Shown one piece after another: positions 18,305 to 25,163 of a DNA stretch of 32,000 bases. How positions within the stretch are numbered: the stretch's first letter is position 1; each line of letters opens with the position of its first letter. The notes beneath the pieces are model-generated. The model did no database searches. It saw only the letters and a program-made list of their open reading frames with translations, and was not told the DNA's origin. This stretch comes from Alkalilimnicola ehrlichii MLHE-1. GTDB lineage: Bacteria; Pseudomonadota; Gammaproteobacteria; Nitrococcales; Halorhodospiraceae. The position numbers and the translations under genes were made by a program. The stretch lies in NCBI RefSeq assembly GCF_000014785.1, contig NC_008340.1, forward strand, positions 1,080,001 to 1,112,000. Reading direction: 5' to 3'.

Positions 18305-19776
18305 GCGGGGGTGGATTCTGGCAGCGGCGCCGGGCCGGGGTTCTCGCCCACCTGAGTTCGCTCCCCGGAGAGGCGGGTAGCGGCAGCCTCGGCCGCCACG
18401 CCCACGGCTTCATTGATTGGCTGGCCGATGCCGGCTTCTCGGTCTGGCAGATGCTGCCCCTGGGGCCGACCCACGACGACCTCTGCCCCTACCAAACCCT
18501 CTCGGTCCACGCCGGTGACGCACGGTTTATCGATCAAGAGGCGCTGGAGGCGGTCGGCTGGCTACCGCGGGAACCGCAGCCTTCCCACGCCCCCCGCCGT
18601 TGGCGGCAGGAGCGGTTGTGCCGGGCGCGGGCCGGTCGGGCCGCCGCCGGCGATGAGGCGTCGATGGCCGAGGAGGCCGCCTTCCGCCAACGCCACGCCC
18701 ACTGGCTGGAGGACTATGCGCTCTACGTCGCATTGCGCCGGGAGAAGGGGGAGGCCCCTTGGTGGGAGTGGCCCACCGCCGAGCGGGACCGGGAGGAGGC
18801 TGCCCTGGCGGCGGCCCGGGAGCGGCTGGCCGACGCCATCGACCAGGCCGTCTTCGAGCAATTCCTCTTCTTCAGCCAGTGGGAGGCACTGCGCCGGCAC
18901 GCCGGCGAGCGCGGCGTCGCCCTTTTCGGCGACATGCCCCTTTTCGTCGCCCACGACAGTGCCGACGTCTGGGCCCACCGGGACTACTTCCAACTGGACG
19001 AGGCCGGCCGCCCCCGGACCGTGGCGGGCGTGCCGCCGGACTACTTCTCCGATACCGGGCAACGGTGGGGCAACCCCCACTATGAGTGGGCGCGGATGCA
19101 GGCCGACGGCTTCCACTGGTGGCTGGATCGGCTCGCCACCCAGTTGGAGCTGTTCGACTTCGTCCGCCTCGACCACTTCCGAGGCCTCGCCGCCTACTGG
19201 TCGATCCCCGCCGAGGCGGAGACCGCCCGGAACGGCCAGTGGGTCCCGGCTCCCGGCCGCGCCTTCCTGGCCGCGGTGGCGGACCGGTTCGGGCGGGTGC
19301 CGCTGGTGGCCGAAGACCTCGGCTTCATCACCGAGGACGTGGAGGCGCTGCGGGACACCTTCGGGCTGCCGGGGATGAAGGTCCTCCACTTTGCCTTCGA
19401 CAGCGACGCCGACAACCCCTACCTGCCACACCACCACGTCCGCGACGGCGCCGTCTACACCGGCACCCACGACAACGACACCACCGTCGGGTGGTACCAG
19501 GGGCTCGATCCCGTTGTGGCGGAGCGGGTCGCCGCCTACCTGGGGTACCCCGGCGAAGAGATGCCCTGGCCGCTGATCCGCGCCGCCCTGGCCTCGGTGG
19601 CCGGCCTGGCCGTGGTGCCGATGCAAGATCTGCTGGCGCTGGACTCCGACCACCGCATGAACATCCCCGGCGTCGCTGGCGGCGACAACTGGCGGTGGCG
19701 ATTCCAGTGGGAGTGGCTGCCGGAGGGATTGCAGCAGCGCATGGCGGAGATGAACCGGCTTTACGGGCGGGGCTGA
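18301..19776 (+). CDS. malQ: 4-alpha-glucanotransferase (amylomaltase, GH77)
   Basis: 491 aa. GVLAHLSSLPG.., WQMLPLGPT, FGDMPLFVAHDSADVW, VYTGTHDNDTTVGWY and PMQDLL motifs are typical of MalQ. Confidence 0.92.
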   Translation: MSGGGFWQRRRAGVLAHLSSLPGEAGSGSLGRHAHGFIDWLADAGFSVWQMLPLGPTHDDLCPYQTLSVHAGDARFIDQEALEAVGWLPREPQPSHAPRRWRQERLCRARAGRAAAGDEASMAEEAAFRQRHAHWLEDYALYVALRREKGEAPWWEWPTAERDREEAALAAARERLADAIDQAVFEQFLFFSQWEALRRHAGERGVALFGDMPLFVAHDSADVWAHRDYFQLDEAGRPRTVAGVPPDYFSDTGQRWGNPHYEWARMQADGFHWWLDRLATQLELFDFVRLDHFRGLAAYWSIPAEAETARNGQWVPAPGRAFLAAVADRFGRVPLVAEDLGFITEDVEALRDTFGLPGMKVLHFAFDSDADNPYLPHHHVRDGAVYTGTHDNDTTVGWYQGLDPVVAERVAAYLGYPGEEMPWPLIRAALASVAGLAVVPMQDLLALDSDHRMNIPGVAGGDNWRWRFQWEWLPEGLQQRMAEMNRLYGRG

Positions 19777-19841
19777 GTTTCAGGCATCCAGTTGATCCGT
19801 CCCGTGGCGATCCATAAGCCAGGGCGTTAAGGGCAAGAGCG

Positions 19842-19875
19842 GGGCCTACGGAACATGCCTGTTCATCGTAGGCCC
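19842..19875. terminator. Stem-loop between convergent malQ and the small secreted-protein gene
   Basis: gggcctacg (19842-19850) pairs with cgtaggccc (19867-19875) across a 16-nt loop. There is no clear U-tract on either strand, so this is weak as an intrinsic terminator. Confidence 0.3.
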
Positions 19876-19928
19876 TGCTGGAGGTCGGCCAGGGTGTTCG
19901 GCGGAACACGGCCTGGGCAGTGGGTTGA

Positions 19929-20216
19929 TCAGATCCGCTCGTCACCGCGCAGGGCATCGAGGTGGAACCGATAGTTCTCGCCCACCAGGGCGTCATGCCG
20001 GTCCAGTGCGCTGGGGCCCTGGTGCCGTACATGGCCCACGAAGTGCTGGTAGTTCTCCCCACTGCCGGCACCGATGGCCACGGAGGGTTGGGTCGGGCTG
20101 TCCGCCTGCACCTGGTCCACGTGGGTGGTCCAGTTCTCGGCCGAGGCCAGTCCAGAGATGGCCAGGCCGGCGCCGAGCGTCAGGGCGGTCGCGGTTTTGA
20201 TAACGAAGGTTTTCAT
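19929..20216 (-). CDS. Small secreted protein of unknown function (95 aa)
   Basis: ATG 20216 is preceded by GAGGTG. The product starts MKTFVIKTATALTLGAGLAISGLASA, a Sec-type signal peptide with A-x-A. The mature part has an internal GENYQHFVGH / GENYRFHLD duplication. The track ORF N-terminal extension is Pro-rich and unlikely to be real. Confidence 0.55.
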   Translation of the reverse strand: MKTFVIKTATALTLGAGLAISGLASAENWTTHVDQVQADSPTQPSVAIGAGSGENYQHFVGHVRHQGPSALDRHDALVGENYRFHLDALRGDERI

Positions 20217-20433
20217 GGTGGTCACCTCAGGCGTTGGGTCGGGTCTCGGGTCCGGCGGTTGTGCTCCCGCCGAATTCACTTTCAGGTTAGGCCCAGGTGG
20301 CGTTCGCGGTAATTCGGCTGATTACCTAGCAGGAACTACGTAGCCCCAGGCATTGGCTTCGCTATGCTTGGTTAGAGGGCGCGGAGTCCCCCCCTGTGAT
20401 TGGGAGGAACGGGGCAGCCGTTGTCATCGCGAG

Positions 20434-20475
20434 CCCCACCCCCCGCTGCGCGGGCCCGACCCCCCGCTGCGCGGG
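20434..20475. repeat. 21-bp tandem duplication with a small GC palindrome core
   Basis: ccccaccccccgctgcgcggg (20434-20454) and cccgaccccccgctgcgcggg (20455-20475) differ at one position. The core is cccgc-tgc-gcggg. Confidence 0.9.
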
Positions 20476-20923
20476 CGCGAATCAGGGAAGAACGGCGGGG
20501 CTGCCATGGCGAGGGCCGCGGGTTTTCGGTCGTCATCGCGAGGGGGCGCCCCACCCGTCATCGCGAGGGCCGAAGGCCCGCGGCGATCCAGGGCGGTAGA
20601 CTGCCGCGTCGGCTTCGCCTCCTCGCAGTGACGGTGGGGGTGGGGCCGCGCTCGCAGTGAGGGTAGGGGGCGCCCGCAGCGTCTGGCCATGTTCATCAAG
20701 AGGGCCGAAGGGTGCCCCCCGTCATCGCGAGGGCCGAAGGCCCGTGGCGATCCAGGGCGGTAGACTGCCGCGTCGGCTTCGCCTCCTCGCAGTGACGGTG
20801 GGGGCGATCTTCCGCTTCCGGCACAGTCAAGTTCTTCAAGAGGGCCGAAGGGTGCCCCCCGTCATCGCGAGGGCCGAAGGCCCGTGGCGATCCAGAGGGG
20901 TAGACTGCCACGTCGCTTCGCTC

Positions 20924-21000
20924 CTCGCAGTGACGGTGGAGGTGGGCCCGCGCTCGCAGTGACGGTGGAGGTGGGTCCGCGCTCGCAGTGACGGTGGGGG
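20924..21000. repeat. 29-bp tandem repeat (2.6 copies) of the right-arm module
   Basis: ctcgcagtgacggtggaggtgggcccgcg (20924-20952), ctcgcagtgacggtggaggtgggtccgcg (20953-20981), and ctcgcagtgacggtggggg.. (20982-). Similar tandem pairs occur at 20622/20651 and 21080/21110/21139. Confidence 0.9.
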
Positions 21001-21162
21001 CCACCACCATCCCGTCATCGCGAGGAGCGCAGCGACGCGGCGATCCACACGCCGGCCTGGACTGCCACGCCCCTTCGGGGCTCGCAGCGACGGTGGGGAT
21101 GGGCTTGCGGTCGCAGTGGCGGTGGGGACGGGTCCGCGTTTGCAGTGATAGGGGAGGTGGCC

Positions 21163-21444
21163 ATGGCTCAAGATCGCGTGCCAATCGATGCCGATGACAT
21201 CGACGATTTCCTTCACCACTGGGCAGGTCTGGCCGAACTCTGCACGCAAGGCGGTTGGATCGACAATGACACCCTGGCTTGGCATGTGACGGGGCAAACG
21301 GGGCACCGGGTACGGCTATTCGTCCAGTTCGAGGAGGTGCTCATGGAGGGTTCCGGGTGCAGGGCCGGGGAGGCGCAATGCCACGGCTATGTGGTCGTGC
21401 AACTCAACCCATCGGGGGGCGTGGCCGGGGCCAGGGTGGAGTAG
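21163..21444 (+). CDS. Hypothetical protein (93 aa), no family recognised
   Basis: ATG 21163 is preceded by GGGGAGGTGG, which is itself the tail of the last repeat module. The product is MAQDRVPIDADDIDDFLHHWAGLAELCTQGGWIDNDTLAWHV..CRAGEAQCHGYVVVQLN. Its composition is non-repetitive, unlike the ORFs inside the repeat array. Confidence 0.45.
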   Translation: MAQDRVPIDADDIDDFLHHWAGLAELCTQGGWIDNDTLAWHVTGQTGHRVRLFVQFEEVLMEGSGCRAGEAQCHGYVVVQLNPSGGVAGARVE

Positions 21445-21715
21445 GGCCCGAGCAGACCGCCAAATATGGCATGACGATGGGTGATTTGCCGGGGTGAGGC
21501 GGCATTTCACGCGGCCCTCTGCCATTGATAGCAGGGTCTGTCCTGCGGTGGTGCCACCGGTGGCAGCACCTAAGGGGCCCACGCCCCATGAATCAGCGCT
21601 TTGCCCGCCAAGGCTCGCTCCCCGTCCGGGTGGTGCCGTTTGGCAGGCATCTTGCTCCTTTGGCTGTGATTCCATCGGTTCGATGCCGATACGCAACCAC
21701 GGAGCCTTAATCCCT

Positions 21716-22174
21716 ATGAGCATTCTCTTGACGGTTCACATGCTGGCCACTGTGATCTGGGTGGGCGGTATGTTTTTCTCCTGGATGATCCTTCGGCCGG
21801 CCAGCGCGGTGTTGGAGGGCCCCGATCGCCTCGCGCTCTGGAGCGATGTGCTGTCCCGGTTTTTTAAGTGGGTTTGGGTGGTTGTTATTGCCATTACCGT
21901 TAGCGGCTATTGGTTGGTTTACGGCTATTACGGGGGGATGGAGAACGTCCGCCTCTATGTCCACCTGATGAGTGCCACCGCCTGGCTGATGATCGCGGTC
22001 TTCCTGTTCGCCTATTTCCTCCCCTACCGGCGGTTTCAGGTTGCGGTTGCGGAGGGGGACAGCGCTATGGCATGCCGCCATATGACCGGCATCCGGCGCT
22101 TGGTCCTGACAAACCTGGTGCTGGGCCTGTTTACCACCGTGACCGCCACGGCCGGGCCCTTCCTCCCGTACTGA
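21716..22174 (+). CDS. CopD-like four-TM integral membrane protein (152 aa)
   Basis: From ATG 21716: MSILLTVHMLATVIWVGGMFFSWMILRPA.., with four hydrophobic segments. The pattern resembles short CopD-family/DUF-type membrane proteins. The upstream part of the 226 aa track ORF is non-membrane Pro/Arg-rich and probably non-coding. Confidence 0.55.
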   Translation: MSILLTVHMLATVIWVGGMFFSWMILRPASAVLEGPDRLALWSDVLSRFFKWVWVVVIAITVSGYWLVYGYYGGMENVRLYVHLMSATAWLMIAVFLFAYFLPYRRFQVAVAEGDSAMACRHMTGIRRLVLTNLVLGLFTTVTATAGPFLPY

Positions 22175-22241
22175 CCACGCAACACGATGGCCGGCGTCAT
22201 GCCGGTCTCCGGCACTGATAAACAAAAGAGGATTATGAGCC

Positions 22242-22646
22242 ATGAAAACAGCGATTCCGGTCAACACCCAGGGGCGTGTTTCCGGGCACTTCGCCAAAGC
22301 GCCGTATATGTTGGTGCTGACGGATGAAGGACAGCGTCAGTGGGTCGCCAACCCCATGGATGCCGACCGCTGCAGCGGTCGTTGTAAGCTGCTGGCTGAA
22401 TTGGAGCAGGCAGGTGTCACCCGTGTATTGGTCCGCCAGATCGGTCAGCGGACGTTGGGCCGGTTTTTGCGGGCGGGGTTGCAGGTGTACCGACTGCCGG
22501 CAGGGGCAACAGCCCTGCCCCGGGCCGCTGCGATTCCGGCAGAGGCGCAAGCATTGAGCCAGGCCTCGCAGGGCCGGCCCTCCAAGCCCCGCGCCAGCCA
22601 CGGCGAAGGCACCGCGGGCATGACGGGCTGTTGCGGACACCACTAG
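22242..22646 (+). CDS. NifB/NifX-family (dinitrogenase FeMo-cofactor-binding domain-like) protein with Cys/His C-terminal tail
   Basis: MKTAIPVNTQGRVSGHFAKAPYMLVLTDEG..LLAELEQAGVTRVLVRQIGQRTLGRFLRAGLQVY fits the NifX/NifB-C fold pattern (MKIA.P....v..HFG.a..f.., ..gv..vi...iG..a...L...GI.v). It has a low-complexity tail ending ..GMTGCCGHH. SD AAGAGGA. Confidence 0.7.
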   Translation: MKTAIPVNTQGRVSGHFAKAPYMLVLTDEGQRQWVANPMDADRCSGRCKLLAELEQAGVTRVLVRQIGQRTLGRFLRAGLQVYRLPAGATALPRAAAIPAEAQALSQASQGRPSKPRASHGEGTAGMTGCCGHH

Positions 22647-22694
22647 ACGGGCCCCATCCACGACGCGGGCCCATCATTTGATCGAGGAGGCGCG

Positions 22695-23363
22695 ATGACC
22701 GGGCTCAGCATCGGACTGGACGAGCGTCTGGGCACCTATCTTCAGGCGGTGGGCGTGCGCGAGGACGACACCCTGCGCCGCCTGCGCGAGGCCACGGCGG
22801 AACTGCCCAATGCCCAGATGCAGAGCGCGCCCGAGCAGGGGGCGTTGATGCAACTGCTGGCGCGGCTGATGGGCGCGCGCCGGGTGATCGAGGTGGGTAC
22901 CTTTACCGGCTATGGTGCGTTGTGGATGGCGCGGGCGCTGCCGGCGGACGGGCGGCTGGTTTGCTGCGAACTGGAGCAGCGCTATATCGATTTCGCCCGA
23001 CCCTACTGGCGGGAGGCGGAGGTCGAGGGGCGTATCGAGGTTCGCCTGGGGCCGGCGCTGGCGACGCTGGACGCGCTGCTGGCAGAGGGCGGGGCCGGGG
23101 CCTGGGACATGGCCTTCATCGACGCCGACAAGACCGGCTACGTGGACTACTACGAGCGCTGCCTGCGGCTGGTCCGCGACAATGGGCTGATCCTGGTCGA
23201 CAACACGCTCTGGTATGGCCGGGTGGCCGACCCCGAGGTGGCGGATGAGAGCACGGAGGCGATCCGGCATTTCAATCGGTCTGTGGCCGAGGACGACCGG
23301 GTGGACGTGGCCCTGGTGCCGATCGCCGATGGCCTGACCTTCTGCCGCAAGCGGGCCGAATGA
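22695..23363 (+). CDS. Class I SAM-dependent O-methyltransferase (caffeoyl-CoA OMT-like, family 3)
   Basis: 222 aa. ..MQSAPEQGALMQLLARLMGARRVIEVGTFTGYGALWMA.. (SAM motif I), FIDADKTGYVDYYE, LILVDNTLWYGRV. SD GAGGAGG. Confidence 0.88.
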   Translation: MTGLSIGLDERLGTYLQAVGVREDDTLRRLREATAELPNAQMQSAPEQGALMQLLARLMGARRVIEVGTFTGYGALWMARALPADGRLVCCELEQRYIDFARPYWREAEVEGRIEVRLGPALATLDALLAEGGAGAWDMAFIDADKTGYVDYYERCLRLVRDNGLILVDNTLWYGRVADPEVADESTEAIRHFNRSVAEDDRVDVALVPIADGLTFCRKRAE

Positions 23364-23406
23364 CGGTGGTGCCGCGGTGGCGCGCTTGCCGGGCAAGGGG
23401 GCGCTG

Positions 23407-24183
23407 ATGCGCAGCGGCGGGCTGTGGCTGACACTGCTCGGTGCGGCGCTGGTGGCGGCGGTCTGGCTCTGGGTGCCGCCCATTCCCCAGCCGGAGGCTT
23501 ACCACGACTTCGCCGATCAGCGGCGGGTGCTGGGCATCCCTCATTTCGGCGATGTGATCTCGAATGGGGTGTTCCTGCTCGTGGGGCTGTACGGCCTGCT
23601 CCAGACCCGCCGGCTGCAGGCCCGCCAGACCTTCCGGCCCGCGACCGATGCCTGGCCCTATTACGCCCTGTTTGCAGCTACCGTGGGGGTGGCCTTCGGC
23701 TCCATCTATTACCACCTGGACCCGGACCATTGGCGGCTCTACTGGGATCGGTTGCCTATCAGCCTCGCCTTCATGGCAATCTTCACGGCGGTGCTGGGCG
23801 AGCGCCTGCCCGCCCGTGTGACCCCCTGGCTGCTACCGCTGCTGCTACTGATCGGTGCCGCCGGGGCGACCCACTGGCTGGTTACCGAGCTGTCGGGGCA
23901 GGGCGATTTGCGGCTTTACCTGCTGGTCCAGGCGGTACCCATCCTGGTGGCCGTGGTCTGGATCGGGATGCGGGGCGGGCGTTATACCCGCGGCGGGGAT
24001 GTGATTGCCGCCGCCGGCTGGTATCTGTTGGCCCTGGTGCTGGAGAATCTGGACGCGCTGGTGTTCGAGGCCACCGGCGGTTGGGTCAGCGGCCATACCC
24101 TCAAGCACCTGCTCGCGGGGGTGGCGCTGTACTGGCTGGCGCGGATGCTGCGCCTGCGCCGCCGCCGCGGCGCACTGGCCTGA
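23407..24183 (+). CDS. Ceramidase-like (alkaline phytoceramidase family) polytopic membrane protein
   Basis: ..PQPEAYHDFADQRRVLGIPHFGDVISNGVFLLVGLYGL.. and YYHLDPDHWRLYWDRLPISLAFM match my memory of bacterial proteins annotated as ceramidase/phytoceramidase. About 7 TM segments. ATG 23407 has AAGGGGG upstream; the track start GTG 23377 is also possible. Confidence 0.55.
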   Translation: MRSGGLWLTLLGAALVAAVWLWVPPIPQPEAYHDFADQRRVLGIPHFGDVISNGVFLLVGLYGLLQTRRLQARQTFRPATDAWPYYALFAATVGVAFGSIYYHLDPDHWRLYWDRLPISLAFMAIFTAVLGERLPARVTPWLLPLLLLIGAAGATHWLVTELSGQGDLRLYLLVQAVPILVAVVWIGMRGGRYTRGGDVIAAAGWYLLALVLENLDALVFEATGGWVSGHTLKHLLAGVALYWLARMLRLRRRRGALA

Positions 24184-24187
24184 GCGG

Positions 24188-24910
24188 TTACCAGCCGCCC
24201 CGTTCGGCGACAAAGGGGGCGCTGCTGATTCGGCTCACGTAGCGCTCCCCGGCCGCGCTGCCGCCGCCATTCATCACCCGGGTGATGCCGACGTTGTAGG
24301 CGCGCAGGGCGCAGTCCCAGTCGCTGTCACACAGATGGTAATAGGAGGACAGCACCCGGGCGCCGGCGCGGATGTTTTCGCCCGGCTCGTACAGGTTGTA
24401 CCCCAACTCGCTCCAATACTCGGGGCGGAGCTGGGCCGGCCCGACAGCACCCACGGAGGAGCGCACGTCCACCCGGAAGGAGGACTCCACCGCCACCACG
24501 GCCGCCAGCAGTTCGGGCGGCACCTGGTAGGCCTCGGCGGCGCTCTCGATCCAGTCGGCGAACTGGCGGGCCCGCGCCGCGCCCATGGGGTAGTGCTCGG
24601 CGATCTGGTCGTAGAGCGGGCGCGGATCAGCCGGCTGTGCCGCGTCGGGCTCGTTGTCGAATACCTCGTGGCGTCCGGCCATCCACAGGCGGACGAGGTT
24701 CTCCAGCGGCGGCTGGAGCCAGGGGTGGTGTTGCCAGAGATCAGCGGTGGCCTGAAGGACGGCGGCCTCGTCGGCCGCCGCCGTGCCCGGGTGGGTGACG
24801 GGCTTATGGTTGTTGAGCATGAGGATACCCAGCCACGCCACGACTAGGGCCAGCAGGCTGCTGACCATCAGGTCCTGAACGCGCAGGTTTTGTATCAGTT
24901 GTGAATGCAT
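24188..24910 (-). CDS. Membrane-anchored lytic transglycosylase (SLT domain)
   Basis: From ATG 24910 (SD GGGAGGG): an N-terminal TM segment (MVSSLLALVVAWLGILML), then the SLT motifs VESSF, GAVGPAQL and AYNVG. The upstream part of the 347 aa track ORF is unlikely to be coding. Confidence 0.8.
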   Translation of the reverse strand: MHSQLIQNLRVQDLMVSSLLALVVAWLGILMLNNHKPVTHPGTAAADEAAVLQATADLWQHHPWLQPPLENLVRLWMAGRHEVFDNEPDAAQPADPRPLYDQIAEHYPMGAARARQFADWIESAAEAYQVPPELLAAVVAVESSFRVDVRSSVGAVGPAQLRPEYWSELGYNLYEPGENIRAGARVLSSYYHLCDSDWDCALRAYNVGITRVMNGGGSAAGERYVSRISSAPFVAERGGW

Positions 24911-25163
24911 GAGTACCCTCCCACCACCGTGATGGTGCGACGCAGCATAACGCGAATATTGGTGCGCTGCAACAATTTCTGCCCCGAGGGTGCCCGATGG
25001 CCGGCCCGGCCTTGGCGCAGTGGCGATGCCGTTTGCCGAGCACCCACTCTGCGGGCAGAATGAAGCGCCCTGCGGGCCGGTTGCCGCCACCGGCCCGCCG
25101 CCGTACACCGAATGCCTTCGCCGGCCCGGAGGCCCGCGCCGGCCCCGGGCCCATCGCTGATTC

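Larger units (their letters stand above)
20420..21160. repeat. Array of imperfect palindromic (REP/MITE-like) repeat modules, non-coding
   Basis: The left-arm motif GTCATCGCGAG occurs at 20423, 20532, 20557, 20721, 20861 and 21014. The right-arm motif CTCGCAGTGACGGTGG occurs, with degenerate variants, at 20622, 20651, 20786, 20924, 20953, 20982, 21080, about 21110 and about 21139. Full units of about 85 bp lie at 20557-20640, 20721-20805, 20861-20946 and 21014-21097. A roughly 110 bp direct repeat links 20691-20805 with 20831-20940. Confidence 0.88.

Noticed and set aside
20691-20940. Diversity-generating retroelement TR/VR pair, or integron attC array, suggested by the roughly 110-bp direct repeat and palindromic units
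   Set aside because: The differences between the two copies are not adenine-specific (a->t, g->a, c->g, indels). No reverse transcriptase or integrase gene is nearby, and the termini do not match the attC R'/R'' GTTRRRY cores.
20420-21160. Possible CRISPR array, given the cas operon 12 kb away and the small palindromic core ccccgc-tgc-gcggg at 20441-20475, which recalls the type I-E repeat stem
   Set aside because: Repeat spacing is irregular: left arms at 20423, 20532, 20557, 20721, 20861 and 21014. The sequences between them are themselves repeated rather than unique spacers. The 21-bp and 29-bp units are directly tandem with no spacers, and units are long imperfect palindromes. The I-E array would be expected beyond cas1/cas2 off the left edge.
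20353-21306. Six 67-162 aa ORFs on both strands inside the repeat array
   Set aside because: Their sequences are just translations of the repeated modules (recurring VIARAEGP.., LAVTVG.., HRHCE..). They overlap one another in multiple frames and lack start contexts.
21445-21715. Upstream part of the 226 aa ORF 21494..22174 and ORF 21525..21710 as possible coding sequence
   Set aside because: The composition is non-membrane and Pro/Arg/Ala-rich, with no SD. The hydrophobic CopD-like domain begins exactly at ATG 21716, so the region is treated as 5' UTR/regulatory and contains the 22-bp palindrome.
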